Assembly: GCA_043827405.1 (NCBI GenBank) | Contig: JBDRPD010000050.1 | Coordinates: forward strand, 64,001 to 128,000 | Direction: 5' to 3' | Origin: Elusimicrobiota bacterium | GTDB lineage: Bacteria > Elusimicrobiota > Elusimicrobia > UBA1565 | Length of the DNA: 64,000 nt | Shown: piece after piece, positions 55,161 to 64,000 of the stretch | How positions within the stretch are numbered: position 1 is the stretch's first letter | Layout: the number at the start of each line of letters is the position of its first letter | Notes under the pieces: model-generated | The model's input: only the letters and a program-made list of their open reading frames with translations | Databases searched by the model: none | What the model was told of the DNA's origin: nothing | Made by a program: the position numbers and the translations under genes

Positions 55161-56567
55161 TCAGGCTTTGGCGGCTTTCGCCTTCTTGGGCACGGCGTTC
55201 CATATCTTGGCCGATAGTACCAGGCCGATGAGCGCGAAGGGCACCAAAAAGACCGGCCACCACACCCAGTTGTTTGGATCCTTGGCCGCTTCCCCGACGG
55301 GAGTGATGAAGCCGATCACCAGCGACTGCATGCCGGTACCGAGATACACCATGCCGTCGACGATGCCGACAGCCGCCCCGGTGTTCTTGGCGCCGCCGAA
55401 GTCGGCGGTCGAGGTCCCGGACAGAATGCCGTGCACGCCGATCACCGCCATGGAGATGAGGAAGGTGGCCGCGCCGGCGTACCACAGGTTGCCGCCGAGA
55501 GCAAAGGCCATCATGAGCGAGGTCAGCACCATCACCGCATAGAGAATAGCCGCCATCGGCGCGCGCCGCGACTGGAAGAACTTGTCCGAGGCCCAGCCGG
55601 TCATGAAGGAGCCGAGCAGGCCGGCGCACAGCAAAGTCAGGCCCCAGTTCTGGGTAATGAAGAAGGTCTTGCGAAAGCCCACTTCCGCCGCGAACAGCGG
55701 GTACCAGTGCATGACGCCGTTGCGCAGCACGCCGCTGCAGAACTCGATGCCGCAGATCACGAGGAGCACCGGATGCGTAAGGATCCGGTAGAAGACCGTC
55801 TTCATCGGCAGGCGCTCACCGTCGGCCGCCATCGACTCCTCGCCGGTGTCGAAGTCCTTGTAGCCCGCCTCGCCGGGGGTATTCTTGAGCAGGAAGTACA
55901 TCGCGAGCCAGCAGATGCCGAGCAGAATGGCAGGGGTGAAGAATATCCACCAGTTTTGGTCGACGCCCTTGCCGCCGACGCCGAGCACCGCCTGGAACAT
56001 CTTGGCCCAGAAGTTCAGCTTGTCGCCCGCAACGCCGCGCGTCGCCGCCACCAGGCTGTAGCCCCAGTCGAAGGCGAAGAAGATGCCCAAAGTGATCATC
56101 ACCCCGAAGATGGTGGAGAAGGTGCCGCGCTCGCGCACATGAAACCAGGGCGCCTTGACGGTGACTATGGAAATCGCGCCGTAGCTCTGAAAGTGCATAT
56201 TGACGGCGTAGAGAAAGGTGAAGGTCCAGAAGATCGACAGCTCCCAGCCCCAATAGGAAATGCCGTAAAGCACCGTGCCCATCATGACATTGACGGCGAT
56301 GGTGCCGGCGGTGCCGATCAGCATGGCCGTGCGCCCGCCGATCTTGTCGGTCAGCGGCCCGGTAAGCAGGAAGGAGATGCCGTAGACCCAGGCCCCGACG
56401 GCGAAGATCATGCCGAAGTCCGCCTTGGTCATAAGATCGCCCAAGGCGCTCTTGGCCACGGTCAGGTTGTAGCGCCCCATATAAAAGAAAGCGTAGGCCA
56501 GGCCCAGAGGAAACCAGTTGAGCATCCGGCGGAGCCGATAGGACCATTCGTGTTGCGGGGCGTCCAT
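55161..56567 (-). CDS. MFS transporter, organophosphate:Pi antiporter (GlpT/UhpC-like)
   Basis: YAFFYMGRYNL, G.LTDKIGGR, WF..RERG, GWASDKFFQSRRAP; start at MDAPQ after GAGG. Confidence 0.85.
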   Translation of the reverse strand: MDAPQHEWSYRLRRMLNWFPLGLAYAFFYMGRYNLTVAKSALGDLMTKADFGMIFAVGAWVYGISFLLTGPLTDKIGGRTAMLIGTAGTIAVNVMMGTVLYGISYWGWELSIFWTFTFLYAVNMHFQSYGAISIVTVKAPWFHVRERGTFSTIFGVMITLGIFFAFDWGYSLVAATRGVAGDKLNFWAKMFQAVLGVGGKGVDQNWWIFFTPAILLGICWLAMYFLLKNTPGEAGYKDFDTGEESMAADGERLPMKTVFYRILTHPVLLVICGIEFCSGVLRNGVMHWYPLFAAEVGFRKTFFITQNWGLTLLCAGLLGSFMTGWASDKFFQSRRAPMAAILYAVMVLTSLMMAFALGGNLWYAGAATFLISMAVIGVHGILSGTSTADFGGAKNTGAAVGIVDGMVYLGTGMQSLVIGFITPVGEAAKDPNNWVWWPVFLVPFALIGLVLSAKIWNAVPKKAKAAKA

Positions 56568-56702
56568 GAAAAACCTCTTGGGCGATCGGGATGTAGGGGA
56601 TTTTAGCAAGTTGGCGTTCAAATAATGCGGGCACTCCGGGGTCCCGCCGAGGCGGCCGCATAGTACAATAGTTCAGGATACCGCATGCCGAACCGTGCCC
56701 GG

Positions 56703-57983
56703 ATGAGAAGTTCCATAATAGCCGGCGCCTTGCTGCTGCTGGGCGCGGCACCCGCAACGGCGCAGGACCGGCGCGCCTGCATCCAGCTGGCGAAAGCATC
56801 GACGACGCGGCTGGCCGCCGCGCAGCGGGCGCGGGCGGCCCGCGCCCCGGACCCCGTTTTCCCCGAGGACGGCAGCCTCCCGCTGCGGGCCTGGTTTACC
56901 TCCCCGCCCAAGAGCGCCGATGTCGTGAATACCCGCACCCTGACGCGAATTCTCGAAGCCCAGGGCGCGGCGCTGTGCGATATCGGCTACGATTACGAGT
57001 GGATACAGGACATCGCGATTTTCACCGCCTCCGGCCGGCTGCTGCTGCAGGCGGAGATGCCGCCGGATCAGGACATCCTCGTCGGCGTCACCGAAGGCGT
57101 CCTCAACCAGGACCAATACGGCATCGACCCGCTGCGCCTGACCCGCAGCCACGCTCGGGCCCTCAAGCTGCCGTACCGCCGCATGCGCTGGACTTTCGTT
57201 GAGGGCGGGGAGATGATCACCGGCCGCTTCCCGAACGGCCGCACCTACGCCATAATCGATCAAGACGCGGTCGACCGCACCCGCGCCTACCACGAGTTCC
57301 TATTGGACCAACCCCTCTCCGAGCGCAAGGCCCGCCGTCTCATCGCCCGCGATCTCGGCATCTCGCCGCGCGACCTGTTTCCGGTGCCCAGCGGCGGGGA
57401 ACACCTCGACCTGCTGATTATGGCCCTGCCCGGCGGCGTGCTGCTCATGCAGGACTATGCGCAGACGGTGCCCGTACTCAATACCCTGCTGTCCGGAGAT
57501 CTCCCGCCCGCGGAGCGCCGGCGGCTGAAAGCGATGCGGAAATTCCATCAGCGCGGGACCTTCTACAGCGATCTTCTGATCCCGGAGCTCGAAGACTTCG
57601 ACCCGGCATCGCCCATGCGCCTGCGGCCCTACGACGCCGCGGAGGAAGAACAACGCCTGAACCGAATCGCGGCCGCGCTGCCCAAGAGCTTCCAGATCGT
57701 CCGCGTCGCGGGGATATTCAAAGAGTACAACGACGAAGCCGAATATTGGGAAGACGACAAGGAGCCGCTGCTGGACCAGATTAATTTTTTCAACGGCTTC
57801 GTGGGGGCGAATTCCCGCAAGAGCCTGACCGTCATCACCAATGCCGCCCAGGGCCTGAGCTCACTCGAAAGCTATTGGCGCAAGATTCTCAGCCGGCATG
57901 GCGTCGCCCCGGAACATGCGCATTTCCTCGGCAGCTTTTACAACGGCGCGGGCATCGACTGCGCCGGCGCCCCCAGCGGCTGA
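56703..57983 (+). CDS. Exported pentein-superfamily (deiminase/amidinotransferase-like) protein
   Basis: Signal peptide; WIQD, EGG, HLD, C-terminal GAGIDC. Confidence 0.6.
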   Translation: MRSSIIAGALLLLGAAPATAQDRRACIQLAKASTTRLAAAQRARAARAPDPVFPEDGSLPLRAWFTSPPKSADVVNTRTLTRILEAQGAALCDIGYDYEWIQDIAIFTASGRLLLQAEMPPDQDILVGVTEGVLNQDQYGIDPLRLTRSHARALKLPYRRMRWTFVEGGEMITGRFPNGRTYAIIDQDAVDRTRAYHEFLLDQPLSERKARRLIARDLGISPRDLFPVPSGGEHLDLLIMALPGGVLLMQDYAQTVPVLNTLLSGDLPPAERRRLKAMRKFHQRGTFYSDLLIPELEDFDPASPMRLRPYDAAEEEQRLNRIAAALPKSFQIVRVAGIFKEYNDEAEYWEDDKEPLLDQINFFNGFVGANSRKSLTVITNAAQGLSSLESYWRKILSRHGVAPEHAHFLGSFYNGAGIDCAGAPSG

Positions 57984-57993
57984 GCCCCGCCGC

Positions 57994-59205
57994 TTAAGCC
58001 CGCGCGCGGTATTTCGCCAGAAATTCCAGAATACGCGCATAGGCCTTGCGGAGCACGTCCTCCGGCGGCAAAAACACCACGCGCATATGCCGGGTTCCGG
58101 GCTTCTGGCCGAAGCCGCTCCCATGCACCGGCACCACGCCGGTTTCACGCACCAGCGCCTTGACGAAATCCTCGTCGGAACCCGGGATATCGAGCCGGGG
58201 AAAGCCGTAAAAGGCCCCCTCCGGCCTGACGCAGGAGATGCCTTCGGCGCTGTTGAGCATCTCGAAGGTGATGTCGCGGCGCCGGCGCAGCTTCGCGCCG
58301 ACCTCCCGCATGAAGGCCTGCTCCCCCTCCAGGGCGGGAGCGATGGCATGCTGCATCGGATGACTGGCGCATAGGCGGGCGCGCAGAATTTTATTGATCG
58401 CCTCGATATAATCCCCGAGCACCGCGCCGTCGCCGCTGACGATGCCCCAGCCGATGCGCCAGCCCGGCGCCTGGAAGCCCTTGGAGAGCCCGTTAAAGGT
58501 GATGACCGGCGCCGCGGGATCCAGGGCGGCGATGGAAATATGCTTTTGCTCCGTCAGCAGCATCTTGTCGTAGATCTCATCGCAGAAGACCACGATCCCC
58601 CGCTCCCGGGCCAGCGCCAGGACGGCGCGCAATGTTTCTTCCGAACATACCGACCCCGTAGGGTTATTGGGGTTGATCAGCACGATCGCCCGCGTCCGGT
58701 CGTCGATCTTGGCGCGAATATCCTCGATGTCCGGCTGCCAGCCGTTGTCCTCATCAAGATAGTAGGGCCTGAGCGATACTTCGAGCTTGGCCAGTACCGC
58801 CTCGTAGAGCGGATAACCCGGATAAGGGGTGAGCACGTTCTCGCCGCGGTCGGCCAAGGCGGTCAGGCAGATTTCGATGGCTTCGCTGCCGCCGTTGGTG
58901 ACAAAAATATCGCGGATGTTCCGAATACCGCTGCGCCCCGCCTCGGCTTCGATCGCCTTAACCGCGGCCGGAATGCCGGAGGACGGCGAATAGGAGTTCT
59001 TGTTGTCGCGCATCGCCTTATGCACGGCTTCGACGAGATGCGGCGGGGTGGCGAAATCGAACTGGTTGGGATCGCCGATATTAAGGTAGAGCATCTCCTT
59101 GCCCGCCTTGGCCGCCTCCTGGGCGACGGCAACGATATCGCGCACGGCATAGGTGATATGCGCGGTACGCTGGGCCGGCCGGATACTGGTTGCGGGCTTG
59201 GACAT
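57994..59205 (-). CDS. Class I/II PLP aminotransferase (AlaA-like)
   Basis: LNIGDP, INPNNPTG, DEIYDK, NGLSK...PGWRIGW. Confidence 0.9.
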   Translation of the reverse strand: MSKPATSIRPAQRTAHITYAVRDIVAVAQEAAKAGKEMLYLNIGDPNQFDFATPPHLVEAVHKAMRDNKNSYSPSSGIPAAVKAIEAEAGRSGIRNIRDIFVTNGGSEAIEICLTALADRGENVLTPYPGYPLYEAVLAKLEVSLRPYYLDEDNGWQPDIEDIRAKIDDRTRAIVLINPNNPTGSVCSEETLRAVLALARERGIVVFCDEIYDKMLLTEQKHISIAALDPAAPVITFNGLSKGFQAPGWRIGWGIVSGDGAVLGDYIEAINKILRARLCASHPMQHAIAPALEGEQAFMREVGAKLRRRRDITFEMLNSAEGISCVRPEGAFYGFPRLDIPGSDEDFVKALVRETGVVPVHGSGFGQKPGTRHMRVVFLPPEDVLRKAYARILEFLAKYRARA

Positions 59206-59286
59206 GATTCCCCCGTAGGTATGCGGACATTCTATCGCGGCGGGCCCCGCCTAGGCAAATGTTAGAATCTGTCCAGGAGAATAATT

Positions 59287-60708
59287 ATGCTCGCATTCAA
59301 GAACGTTAAGGAAGTTCAGAAATACGCCGCCAAAAACGGCATCGATTTTATAACGCTGCATGCCGCCGATATCGCCGCCCGCCTGCGCAGCGTCACCATC
59401 CCGGCGCGCAATATGACCGAGAAGATGCTCCGGGAAGGCGTGGGCTTCGACGCCTCCAATCTCGGCTTCGCCAAGGTCCACAAGAGCGACATGCTGCTGC
59501 TGCCCGACCTGAACTTCGCCTTCCGCGATCCGGTCGGCGAGCATCCCAATGTGCTGTTCTTTTTCTGCGACATCGTCGAGATCGGCTCGCAGAAGAGCTT
59601 CACCCAGGACATGCGCCACATCGTGCACAAAGCGGTCGGCGCGCTCAAAAACGCCGGCCTCGCCGACCAGGTCAAAGTCGGCGTCGAGCTGGAATTCAAC
59701 GTCATCGACCAGCTCTACAGCAAGATGACCATGCGCGAGACATCCTACCGCATCGAGAGCGCCGAGATCGCCAGCCCTCCGGGCGGCGAGGAAGTTTACC
59801 GCCTGGGCAAGAAGCGCGGCTACTTCCGCTCCGAGCCCAACGACCACCTCTTCGCCATCCGCAACGAGATCGTCGCCGCCTTCGAGAAGATCGGCCTGGA
59901 GGTCAAGTACCATCACCACGAAGTCGGCGCCTCGCAATGCGAGATCGAGTTCCGCTTCCTGCCGGTCGAGTTCATGGCCGACGCCACGGTGCTGGCCAAA
60001 AACATCTGCCACCGGGTGGCGCGCAAGCACGGCAAGATCGCGACCTTCATCCCCAAACTGATCCCCGGCGAAGCAGGCAACGGGATGCACGTGCATCAGT
60101 TCCTGCTCAAGAAGGGCAAAAACGTCTTCCACGACCCCAAGGGCCTCTATAAGCTCAGCCCGGCCGCGCTTTCCTACATCGCGGGAGTGCTGGACCACAC
60201 TTCCTCTTTGGCCGCCTTCACCAACCCGACCAGCAACTCGTACCGGCGGCTGGTGCCGGGGCTGGAAGCGCCGGTCAAGGTGGTCTTCGCCGAGGGCAAC
60301 CGCTCGGCCGCCATCCGCATCCCGGGCTATGTCCAGGACCCGCAGGAGCGGCGTTTTGAATTTCGCGCCATCGACGCGACCTGCAATCCCTATCTGGCCT
60401 ATGCGGCGATGATCATGGCGGGGCTCGACGGGTTCCGCCGCGGCCTGGACCCAAGGAAGCTCGGCTTCGGCCCTTTTGAGGCGAACATGTACGAGCTCTC
60501 GGCTAAACAGCTGGCCGAGATCAAGTCCTTCCCGTCGTCGCTGGAGGACGCGCTCACCAGCCTGGGCCATGATATGGAGTACCTCAAGCACCGGGACGTA
60601 TTTCCCTCCGTGCTGATTGATCAATGGGTGGCCTGGAAGAAGCTGGACATCGAGGAGATGCGGCGGGTGCCGCATCCATGGGAAATCGCGCGCTACTACG
60701 ACCTATGA
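59287..60708 (+). CDS. glnA: Type I glutamine synthetase
   Basis: GFDASN, GVELEF, HHHEV, GNGMHVH, NSYRRLVPG.EAP, NRSAAIRIP, NPYLA, NMYEL. Confidence 0.93.
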   Translation: MLAFKNVKEVQKYAAKNGIDFITLHAADIAARLRSVTIPARNMTEKMLREGVGFDASNLGFAKVHKSDMLLLPDLNFAFRDPVGEHPNVLFFFCDIVEIGSQKSFTQDMRHIVHKAVGALKNAGLADQVKVGVELEFNVIDQLYSKMTMRETSYRIESAEIASPPGGEEVYRLGKKRGYFRSEPNDHLFAIRNEIVAAFEKIGLEVKYHHHEVGASQCEIEFRFLPVEFMADATVLAKNICHRVARKHGKIATFIPKLIPGEAGNGMHVHQFLLKKGKNVFHDPKGLYKLSPAALSYIAGVLDHTSSLAAFTNPTSNSYRRLVPGLEAPVKVVFAEGNRSAAIRIPGYVQDPQERRFEFRAIDATCNPYLAYAAMIMAGLDGFRRGLDPRKLGFGPFEANMYELSAKQLAEIKSFPSSLEDALTSLGHDMEYLKHRDVFPSVLIDQWVAWKKLDIEEMRRVPHPWEIARYYDL

Positions 60709-61427
60709 CGAATATCGGGACGCGGCTCGCGCGCCTTGAGGTGCGGCGAGCCTTCACCGCTACCGCTCGGGGATTCGACACCGCGCGGGATGCCGTTCCT
60801 GAAATCTGGAGCATGCGCCTTTCTTTGCTGGGCGCGATACTGGCGGTCCCGGCAATCGCGTCTTTACTGATCCCCGCCTTGGCCGCGCACAGCCCGGCCC
60901 ACATCTTCAGCTTCGCCGCCTACGGCGCCGGCACGCTAAGCATGTTTCTCGCCAGCGCGGCCTTTCACAGCCGGGCGGGCCACAAAAGAGGCTTCTTGAA
61001 GGGCCTCGACTACTGCGCCATCGCCTTCCTACTTGCGGGAAGCTTCACCCCGTACTGCACCATCGCCCTGCGAACGACGCTCGGGTATTGGGTGCTGGCT
61101 TTTATCTGGACGGCGGCGCTGATCGCCATCCGGCTCAGGATCAGCCGCCCGGACCTGTCCAAGTGGACCTTTATATCCCTATATCTGAGCGTCGGCTGGT
61201 TCGGCGCGCTGGTGGCGCATCCGGTTCTCAATGCTATCGGCACGCAGGGGGCGGGACTCACCGTTTTGGCCGGCACGATATACACCGTCGGGACTCTGGT
61301 CTTCAACCGCAATGAGGCGGAGGTCGAGCCTGCGGGCTTCGGCCAGCATGAGATATGGCATCTCTTCATCATCGGCGGGGCCGTCATCCAGTTTCTGGTA
61401 TTGCGGCTCTATATGATGCCGGCCTAG
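60705..61427 (+). CDS. Hemolysin III / PAQR family membrane protein
   Basis: SAAFH, LDY.AI.FL.AGS.TP, Y...GW, HEIWHLF. Confidence 0.88.
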   Translation: MTNIGTRLARLEVRRAFTATARGFDTARDAVPEIWSMRLSLLGAILAVPAIASLLIPALAAHSPAHIFSFAAYGAGTLSMFLASAAFHSRAGHKRGFLKGLDYCAIAFLLAGSFTPYCTIALRTTLGYWVLAFIWTAALIAIRLRISRPDLSKWTFISLYLSVGWFGALVAHPVLNAIGTQGAGLTVLAGTIYTVGTLVFNRNEAEVEPAGFGQHEIWHLFIIGGAVIQFLVLRLYMMPA

Positions 61428-61533
61428 CACCAACCCGCGTCTTTTCATCACCACAAAAGCCGTTATTCCATAAGTAAATTTTCGGTAACCAGCCTAGCGA
61501 CAGGCACGGTTCCGTGCTACTCTAGTAAGGAAC

Positions 61534-63264
61534 ATGCGCCCCCTATTCCTGATTCTCGCTGCCCTATTGCTCGCGCCCGCCGCGCCGAGCTGCGCCGCGA
61601 ACGCCGAAACCGCATCGCTGTTTTTGTCGGGCAGCAAGCTGCGCCGCGAGCTGCGCCTATCGGCCAACGACCTCAAGCGCCTTGATGCGGAGCTTAAGCA
61701 GACAGCATCCGCGACCAAGTCTTCACGACCGGCGATTGACGCGCTCAATCAGCTCCGGGAACTCCTGGTCGGCAAGAGCGGCTACGGCGGCCTGCACGGC
61801 GAGCTCGTTAAGGCCGACCGCGAGCTGGAAGGGGGCCTGCGCGATATTCAGAAATTTCCCGACAGCTGCGCCGGCGCCAAGCTCAACGATTGGGCGGCCG
61901 GCGTCCAGGCCGAGCGCCGGCTGCTGAAGACGCTCAGCCGCCTCAAGGAACTGCACGCCGCGACGCTGAAGATCAAGGGCGCCGCCGCGAACCTGCGGAC
62001 GATCTCATACAAGGTTCCGGGAAATAACGCGCGCCAATCCCTCGGCGCCTATGCGGCGCGCCACCAGAGCGGCATGGACGCCGTCGGTCAGCGTCTCTAC
62101 CAGGGCCTGCGCGCCAAGGAGTTCAGCAGCCTGGGCCGCATGGCGCTCAACCGCCAGAGCGCCTGCGCGGAAGCCCCCCCGGAGCCGGCCCCGCTTGAAG
62201 GAACGGCAGCGGCCGCCGATGGCAAGGCGACAGCCGCCAAGCAGCGGGACTACTCCAAAGGCGAAAAAGCGCTGCAGGAAGCGCTCGGCAAGCAGATCGA
62301 GAAGTATCCTACGGGCAAAAACCTGTGGAACAGCCTAACGGTCAAGCCCCATGTGCGCATCGAGGACTTCAACGCCAACGCCAAGTACACCGATAAAGAG
62401 ACCTGGTCCAAAGATGTGCTGGGCGACAAGGACGAGGTGGTCTTCAGCGCCGACCTCATCAAAGGCAAGATCGCCTACTTCGACAAGGACGCCGCCGCCG
62501 GCCTCAAGAGCGCCCAGGACGTACGCAAGTACCTCGACGATAACCCGGACATGGTCCAGTCCATCGCCGACAATATCGATTCCACCTTCGTCCATGAGCT
62601 GACCCACGGCACGCAGTTCCAGTCCTTCGAGGGGATGAAAGACGCCTCGTTCTTTGTGCTGACCGCCGACGCCGACGGAAACCAGAGCTGGAAGTATCCG
62701 GTAGCCGCCGAATGGGACGCCTTCGACATGAAGTGGCGCTACATCCACGACAAGGTGCAGGATGATCCTGCTTTGCTGAAATCCCCCGGGGCCTCGCGCG
62801 GCGAGATCACCAGCGAAAGCAGCGGCTACCTCGCCTACCTGCAGGACCAGGACCAGGAGCGCGACGACGTGGCGGCCCTCTACGGCAACAAGGTGCTCGC
62901 CTCCGACTCCGAGCACATGCCCAAGGACATCAAGAAGTTCTACGACGAGCGGGACGCCGCGGCGGAGAAATGGTGGGACACCAATGAAGAGGCGGGCTAC
63001 CAGACGGCCTGCCAGCACTACGACAAGAAGTACTGCAGCCGGGTTCCGGAGTTCGGCTGCCAGCAATACAAAGACCTCTGCGGCCGGGTGGACCCCGCGA
63101 TCGCCTGCAAGTATCATAAAGACCTGTGCCCCAAGCCCGACGACGACAACGTGACGCGGCCGGAACCGAAGCCGGATCCGAAGCCGGATCCGAAGCCGGA
63201 ACCGGAACCCCAAAAGGGCTGGCAGGGCTTCTTCGGCAAGATTAAAGGCTGGTTCGGCCGGTAA
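61534..63264 (+). CDS. Exported protein with HExxH motif, Cys-rich repeats and PKPD linker
   Basis: Signal peptide; FVHELTHG ... AEWDAF; C-terminal Cys repeats. Confidence 0.7.
   Translation: MRPLFLILAALLLAPAAPSCAANAETASLFLSGSKLRRELRLSANDLKRLDAELKQTASATKSSRPAIDALNQLRELLVGKSGYGGLHGELVKADRELEGGLRDIQKFPDSCAGAKLNDWAAGVQAERRLLKTLSRLKELHAATLKIKGAAANLRTISYKVPGNNARQSLGAYAARHQSGMDAVGQRLYQGLRAKEFSSLGRMALNRQSACAEAPPEPAPLEGTAAAADGKATAAKQRDYSKGEKALQEALGKQIEKYPTGKNLWNSLTVKPHVRIEDFNANAKYTDKETWSKDVLGDKDEVVFSADLIKGKIAYFDKDAAAGLKSAQDVRKYLDDNPDMVQSIADNIDSTFVHELTHGTQFQSFEGMKDASFFVLTADADGNQSWKYPVAAEWDAFDMKWRYIHDKVQDDPALLKSPGASRGEITSESSGYLAYLQDQDQERDDVAALYGNKVLASDSEHMPKDIKKFYDERDAAAEKWWDTNEEAGYQTACQHYDKKYCSRVPEFGCQQYKDLCGRVDPAIACKYHKDLCPKPDDDNVTRPEPKPDPKPDPKPEPEPQKGWQGFFGKIKGWFGR
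63160..63210 (+). repeat. 12-bp coding tandem repeat (PKPD/PEP)
   Basis: CCGAAGCCGGAT units. Confidence 0.8.
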
Positions 63265-63812
63265 TGAAGAGCATGCGCATCCTTTTATTGGCGGTCCTCG
63301 CTCTGGCGGGGTGCAAGGCCCCCGAGGCCCCGGCGGACTTCGCCTCCTATGCCCATCCGGGCGGCTGGTTCACCGCCGGCATCCCGCGCGGCTGGGAGGT
63401 ACAGCAGCGGGGCCGCGAAACAAACCCGGGCATCCAAGTGCTGGCGCCGGCCCAGGTTGAGGGCGCGGTCCGCCACTCGATCGCCATCTACTTCTATCGC
63501 GAGAGCCACCGCAAGTTCCCGACCATCGCGCAGTATCTCGCCGAGAAGGCCTTGCCCATCCCCGGCCGCTCGATGACTCCGGTCACCAGCATCACGGTCA
63601 ACGGAATGGCGGGCAAGCAGTTCGAGGCGACGCGGCCGATCCCGCAGATTCCGGAGCTGCCGCCGGTGGAAGGCGAGCTGAAGTCCCGCTCGGTGCTGCT
63701 GCAGGGCGACAAGGGCTTCTACCTGTTCCGCTATACCAGCCGGCTCGAAGAGTTCGACCGCTACCGCGAGACCTTCGAGCAGGTCCTCAAATCGCTTAAG
63801 CCCAAGGCCTAG
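63264..63812 (+). CDS. Lipoprotein, PsbP/DcrB-like fold candidate
   Basis: Lipobox LAGC; Y.HP...F...IP.GW, ITVNG..G, FEQVLKSL; TAATG overlap with upstream gene. Confidence 0.65.
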   Translation: MKSMRILLLAVLALAGCKAPEAPADFASYAHPGGWFTAGIPRGWEVQQRGRETNPGIQVLAPAQVEGAVRHSIAIYFYRESHRKFPTIAQYLAEKALPIPGRSMTPVTSITVNGMAGKQFEATRPIPQIPELPPVEGELKSRSVLLQGDKGFYLFRYTSRLEEFDRYRETFEQVLKSLKPKA

Positions 63813-63841
63813 CGCCGCCAATAAATTAATAAGATAGTCCT

Positions 63842-64000
63842 ATGCGAGACCCGAACGTAAAGCTGCCGCGGAAAATAGGCCAAGCGAAGGGCGCCTCCGG
63901 AAAGGACCAGGCCGCCTCGAAGAAGTGGGCCGAGAAGAATAAAGACAAGTCCGGCTCCGATGAGGTCAAGGCCGCTCCACAGAAGCCGGTCGTAAAGACC
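63842..64000 (+). CDS. Hypothetical Lys-rich protein (partial, runs off window end)
   Basis: MRDPNVKLPRKIGQAKGASGKDQAASKKWAEK..., open to the window end; TAAGAT 6 nt before ATG. Confidence 0.5.
   Translation, partial: MRDPNVKLPRKIGQAKGASGKDQAASKKWAEKNKDKSGSDEVKAAPQKPVVKT

Noticed and set aside
60705..61427. Hemolysin III as a toxin
   Set aside because: PAQR/HlyIII family members are common membrane proteins; the name does not imply virulence.

Overview
High-GC bacterial chromosomal window with about 55 CDSs, one tRNA-Gly(GCC) and the RNase P RNA gene. The gene style (exported caspase/TPR/PLD proteins with low-complexity N-termini, receptor-type Ser/Thr kinases) suggests Elusimicrobiota, which is inference only. 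Recognisable blocks: OPT transporter-trmO-methyltransferase; exported hydrolases (endonuclease I, caspase-like C14, M3 peptidase, 4x-HKD PLD); a HAD-UbiA/GMC/2xSDR/GT-C-like lipid-linked sugar cluster; B12-radical SAM-RhlE; a coupled tnaA-histidine kinase-glcDE-glcF-HD-GYP operon; two TPR + Ser/Thr kinase pairs; Zn-ribbon-rnhA-rnpB-pcp; a maltodextrin locus; aminotransferase-glnA. No CRISPR array, integrase, transposase or prophage was seen. The best novel signals are: (1) a 14-bp imperfect palindrome (RGGNC-N4-GNCCY) in 23-24-bp-phased copies, placed exactly 23 nt upstream of the -10 hexamer at four promoters of exported/membrane proteins (candidate regulon); (2) an RNase P RNA with a covarying non-canonical P4 and no P18; (3) widespread leaderless promoter architecture; (4) a DprE1-less polyprenyl-phospho-pentose cluster; (5) a secreted pentein-fold enzyme. 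All calls are by-eye motif recognition; no searches were run.
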